Origin: an uncultured Chloroflexia bacterium
GTDB lineage: Bacteria; Chloroflexota; Ktedonobacteria; Ktedonobacterales; JADMIN01
NCBI GenBank assembly: GCA_963840335.1
Contig: CAWIYP010000012.1
Coordinates: forward strand, 218,661 to 282,660
Direction: 5' to 3'
DNA length: 64,000 bases
Of this stretch, positions 60,486 to 64,000 are shown piece by piece. Every line of letters begins with the position of its first letter. Within the stretch, counting starts at the first letter, position 1. Below the pieces are notes generated by a model. That model saw only the letters and a program-made list of their open reading frames with translations, had not been told where the DNA came from and did not search any database. The translations under genes were made by a program, and so were the position numbers.

Positions 60486-61604
60486 TCAGGGCGTCGCCGT
60501 CACAGTCGCGGTGGCGCTGCCAGTGGGCGAGGCCGATGGTGCGGCGGTGGGCGAGACGGTAGTGGTCGGCGTGGGCGTCGGGGAAAGCACTGAATAGCCC
60601 CAGTTCAGCAACTTCGTGGCGTCGGTGAAGCGGCCATTATAGATTGGCTCACCCAATACCACGCCGATCAGCGTGCCAGCGGGGCGCTTCACCATGAAGA
60701 CCAGGCAGTAGCCAGCGCCACCCGTATAGCCAGTCTTGATGCCAATCGCGCCGGTATAGGCGAATGGCTGCGTTGGCAACAGCTCGTTCGTATTGACGAG
60801 ATGGAAGGTGTGGTGAGTCGCGTTCGCTGGCAGCGTCTTGCTTGGCGTCTCGACAACCCGCGCAAAGGTCGGACTCTCCATCGCATACGCCGTCAGCTTG
60901 ACAAGATCGCTCGCTGAAGTGTAATGGCCAGTTTGATCCAGGCCATGCGGATTCGCGTAGTGGGTGTGCGAGAGGCCCAACAACGCAGCCTCCAGATTCA
61001 TCAGCGCGACGAAGTGGCTCTGCGACCCAGCGACCCCATCGGCGATGGCGATGGCGGCGTCATCGCCCGATGGCAGCATCAGGCAGTAGAGCAATTCCTG
61101 GAGAGTGAGCTTCTCGCCCAGCCGCAGCCCCGCGATGCTCGTGCCGTCGAACTCGATGTTGTAGGCATCCGCGCCGACGGTGATCGTTTGATTCAGCTTG
61201 CCATAGGTCAGCGCCACGACCGCCGTCATGATCTTGGTCGTGCTAGCCATGGGCATCGAGGTATCGGAGTTGAGTGTCAGCAATGGCTGGCCAGTGGTCA
61301 GGTCGTAGAGTTCCGCTTCCTTCGCTGACAGCATTGGAGCGGGAGTCGCCGCCGCGCCATTCGGGCCAAACGTCTCTGGGGTCGCCGTTGGGCCAGGGGT
61401 TGTCGTCGCGGTTGTAGTGGCGGTGGTGGTGGCCGTGGGTATCATTGTGACGTCAATCGTCGCGGTTGGCGTGGCGTCGCTCGGAGCGAGCGCGCCGGCG
61501 GCGGCGGCTGGCTGCAGCGACCACGCGCTGACCAGGGCAGCCACCGCAAGCGCCAGTACGACTACCCGCGCGCGATTCGTCCATAAACGCATTGGCCTGC
61601 CCAC
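60486..61604 (-). CDS. D-alanyl-D-alanine carboxypeptidase (S11 family, PBP5-like)
   Basis: It has a signal peptide, a T-rich linker, the SxxK motif MASTTKIMTA, then SGDDAA and KTGYTGGAG. Confidence 0.85.
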   Translation of the reverse strand: MGRPMRLWTNRARVVVLALAVAALVSAWSLQPAAAAGALAPSDATPTATIDVTMIPTATTTATTTATTTPGPTATPETFGPNGAAATPAPMLSAKEAELYDLTTGQPLLTLNSDTSMPMASTTKIMTAVVALTYGKLNQTITVGADAYNIEFDGTSIAGLRLGEKLTLQELLYCLMLPSGDDAAIAIADGVAGSQSHFVALMNLEAALLGLSHTHYANPHGLDQTGHYTSASDLVKLTAYAMESPTFARVVETPSKTLPANATHHTFHLVNTNELLPTQPFAYTGAIGIKTGYTGGAGYCLVFMVKRPAGTLIGVVLGEPIYNGRFTDATKLLNWGYSVLSPTPTPTTTVSPTAAPSASPTGSATATVTATP

Positions 61605-61688
61605 AGCGCTGTTTCTCCTTCACAATGTCACAAAGTTTCTCTCAGTATCGCATGCTTCAGCGCAAGCGTGCGACGCCACATTGCCCGG

Positions 61689-62789
61689 TCACATCCGCAT
61701 CCCGACAAGACAGAGCATCGGGATGGTCATCGCCAGCTCTCCGCCATTGACCTGCATGCGCGTCGTCAGCCGTCGCTCCACTTCGTTGAAGACCAGCCGC
61801 CGCACTGTCAGATCAGAGATGATCGAGCGCCAGCCAAGCATATACGTCGTCTGGATGATCGGTGAGCGCAAGAACGCCAGCGGCGAGGGAAAGCGCATAG
61901 TAAACGTATCCGTCACCTCGCGCAGCGGCTGAAAGCCCGCGCGCTCCATCTGCTTGCGCGCCTCGGCGACCGTCGGGCGCTGGGCGATCTGCTCGGCGAA
62001 CAGGCGCTGGTAATCGCCCAACTTGAGATCACGTAGCGTCAGGTAGTAAATGTCGAGAAACTCACGCATCGCCGATTGTAGCGGCATCGTCAGGAGGATG
62101 TGGCCGCGTGGTCGCAGCAGCCGCCACATCGCTCCCAGCGCGCCTTCGCGGTCGGCAAAGCTGGTAAGCCCCAGATTGCAGGTGATGGCGTCGAAGGAGC
62201 CTTCAGGCAGACCACTGCGCATCACATCGGCGACGAGGAAGGTTACGTTGCGCAGCCAGGCGTCTCGCCCTTTGCGGATAGCGACCGCTATCGCTTCCTC
62301 CCAGGTGTCAATGCCCGCGAGATCGCAATCTTGCCCGATATATTGCGCCAACTCCAGTGTCGGAAAGCCTGTGCCACAGGCGACATCGAGCCCCTGCCAG
62401 CCACTTTCGCGCGACAACGTGAGGAAGGCGCTAAGCAACAGCCGCCCGAACGGCGCCGACCACTGCGGCATGATCAGCGCATCGTAGAGTTCCGCGAAGC
62501 CTGGCTCATGTATGTCATAGGTGACAGTGAGGTAGTCCTCGGTATCGGCGCGGGCGCTGATGGCGAGCGCGGCGGGGCTAAGTCCATTTCCACCTGACGG
62601 TGGACGGGTCAGCGATGGGTCAGGCAGATCGATGGCGCCATGCGCGCCCGGCCCCATCCACTTGAGCGCGCCCATACGCCCGGTGTACCCCAGGCGCGCG
62701 CGCGAGGGATCCCAGTCATCCCAATCGTCGTCACCCTGGCCACCACCCAGCGATCCGAGCGGCGGCAGGCGGTTATCAAATGGCGCCAC
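61689..62789 (-). CDS. Class I SAM-dependent methyltransferase with an N-terminal extension
   Basis: Motif I is GLDVACGTGFPTLELA and the post-I acidic residue is in LAGIDT. An N-terminal region of ~110 aa (DDDWDDWDPS...) has no recognisable fold. Confidence 0.75.
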   Translation of the reverse strand: MAPFDNRLPPLGSLGGGQGDDDWDDWDPSRARLGYTGRMGALKWMGPGAHGAIDLPDPSLTRPPSGGNGLSPAALAISARADTEDYLTVTYDIHEPGFAELYDALIMPQWSAPFGRLLLSAFLTLSRESGWQGLDVACGTGFPTLELAQYIGQDCDLAGIDTWEEAIAVAIRKGRDAWLRNVTFLVADVMRSGLPEGSFDAITCNLGLTSFADREGALGAMWRLLRPRGHILLTMPLQSAMREFLDIYYLTLRDLKLGDYQRLFAEQIAQRPTVAEARKQMERAGFQPLREVTDTFTMRFPSPLAFLRSPIIQTTYMLGWRSIISDLTVRRLVFNEVERRLTTRMQVNGGELAMTIPMLCLVGMRM

Positions 62790-62803
62790 TCTCGCCTCCG
62801 CGT

Positions 62804-63988
62804 CTAATTGACGCCTGATTCAGAGCGCCACGCCACTGGCAGCGCCGCGCCAAAGCCTGTCTTTGTCGGCGCGGGAGTCTTTGGCTTGGTGGCTGGCGTC
62901 GCCGTGCCAGGAATCTTCGCGAAGATGCCGAACTTGATCGTCTGGGCAAGGTAGGGATCAGTCGGCGAGTCACTGGTGTCTGAGGCCGGGCGATTCCAGT
63001 AGATGCGCACCATGCCAACACCTGTCTGGTAATATGGCAACGCGCAATAGCCATGGAAGTTGCTCGTCTTGCTCGGTGGCAGCGGCGATTCAGTGCCGCT
63101 CTTTAACTTATAGTTGATGCCATCGAGATACCAGACGCATGAGAGCGTGTTTGTGGTCTTCTGAGACGCGCCAACAATATTCGCGACCACATACACCGTC
63201 GAGTTGACCTGGAAATACGATGAGATGTCCACCGCATTGTAGTTGTTGTCGATGCCGTGCGCTGTCACCGCTGAGGTGACAATCTTCGCCGATGGCCCAG
63301 GGGTCGAGATGGGTTTTGAGGGAATCTGGCTCACGTCCACTGTCGGCGAAGCAGCCACAATATGGAGCGGCCCGATCAGCACATTGGCGAGCTGCCGCTG
63401 CCCGAAGAAGCCCAGCCCCGCGCAGACACCTACCGTCACCAGCAGGATGCTCAGCATGCCGCTGATGACACGCCCAGAGCTGAGGCGGCGCTTGCGCTTC
63501 GGCCCGGTCGCGGGGATGTAGGCGGGACGGCGCATGCCGATGGCCCGCTCCTCTTCATCCGTCTGGGGGAAGCCGGGCAGCGCGCCCATCACCCCACCCT
63601 CAGCGGAGGGCGGCATCGGCTCGCCGTACTGCGGAGCCAGCGCCCGCGAGGGATCCACGCCCCCATACTCTCCAGAATTGGAGCGATAGCCGGGGCGGCT
63701 ATTGGACGCGGGCGCGTAGTTGTAGTTCTCGTCGTCCCAGCTATCGCCGCTCCCTGGACGCCGAGCGCCAGGGCCACGGTTCAGCAGCCCGCCGCCGCTC
63801 CCGCCGCTCCCGCCGCCCCAGTCGGCGCCAGATCCTCGGCGTGAGCCACTGGAACCGCTGCCTGGCTGCGAACGCCCCCGCACTCCCGAACCACCACCGC
63901 CACGTGTCGAAAAGCGGGGCGGGGGAGCGCCACACTCAGGGCATGGCCCCGTGCGGAGGCGCGGCGCGCCACAGTTGTCGCATTCCAT
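62804..63988 (-). CDS. Zinc-ribbon protein with a disordered G/S/R-rich region, one TM helix and an extracytoplasmic domain
   Basis: The N-terminus is MECDNCGAPRLRTGPCPECG. About 150 aa of G/S/R/P-rich sequence follow. The TM helix is VISGMLSILLVTVGVCAGLGFF. The C-terminal domain is ~190 aa. Confidence 0.55.
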   Translation of the reverse strand: MECDNCGAPRLRTGPCPECGAPPPRFSTRGGGGSGVRGRSQPGSGSSGSRRGSGADWGGGSGGSGGGLLNRGPGARRPGSGDSWDDENYNYAPASNSRPGYRSNSGEYGGVDPSRALAPQYGEPMPPSAEGGVMGALPGFPQTDEEERAIGMRRPAYIPATGPKRKRRLSSGRVISGMLSILLVTVGVCAGLGFFGQRQLANVLIGPLHIVAASPTVDVSQIPSKPISTPGPSAKIVTSAVTAHGIDNNYNAVDISSYFQVNSTVYVVANIVGASQKTTNTLSCVWYLDGINYKLKSGTESPLPPSKTSNFHGYCALPYYQTGVGMVRIYWNRPASDTSDSPTDPYLAQTIKFGIFAKIPGTATPATKPKTPAPTKTGFGAALPVAWRSESGVN

Positions 63989-64000
63989 GACTCATCCCTC

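Overview
High-GC (roughly 65% by eye) bacterial chromosomal window. Strong GGAGG-type ribosome-binding sites and the gene content suggest a Terrabacteria lineage. Chloroflexota/Ktedonobacteria-like is my guess and cannot be proven from this window. I count about 55 protein genes and one tRNA-Pro(GGG), mostly housekeeping: a Che-like operon (DUF4388-type gene, response regulator, cheW, cheA), folK, hemA, ligA, a methylmalonyl-CoA-mutase-type large subunit, two ECF sigma/anti-sigma modules, an acs-like ligase, lepA, mnmA, a GH15 hydrolase, murD, moeA, gap-pgk-[mrr]-tpiA, lspA-rluD, purF-[roadblock]-purM-purN, speB, ilvA, an SHMT homologue and a D-Ala-D-Ala carboxypeptidase. Worth a second look: (1) a single-polypeptide Vsr/C5-cytosine-methyltransferase fusion (27397-29100) with no restriction partner in view. 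(2) An AT-richer Mrr-type restriction gene carrying an in-frame amber codon, wedged between pgk and tpiA. (3) An AdoMet-decarboxylase / deoxyhypusine-synthase-like fusion (42525-44093) behind a long leader. (4) An RRM protein with about 22 tandem RPPRRD(F/Y) repeats that stay open in several frames. (5) An orphan promoter-terminator unit at 21.4-21.8 kb (candidate sRNA or sORF). (6) A 75-aa hyperacidic protein after an FHA/zinc-ribbon gene. (7) At least 22 single-base frame disruptions plus one nonsense codon, all between 32 and 56 kb and concentrated in a few genes, several at homopolymer runs. Sequence or assembly error is the leading explanation for (7) and must be excluded before any biology is claimed. 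I saw no CRISPR array, transposase, integrase or prophage. Many long ORFs in the supplied track are antisense shadows typical of high-GC DNA.
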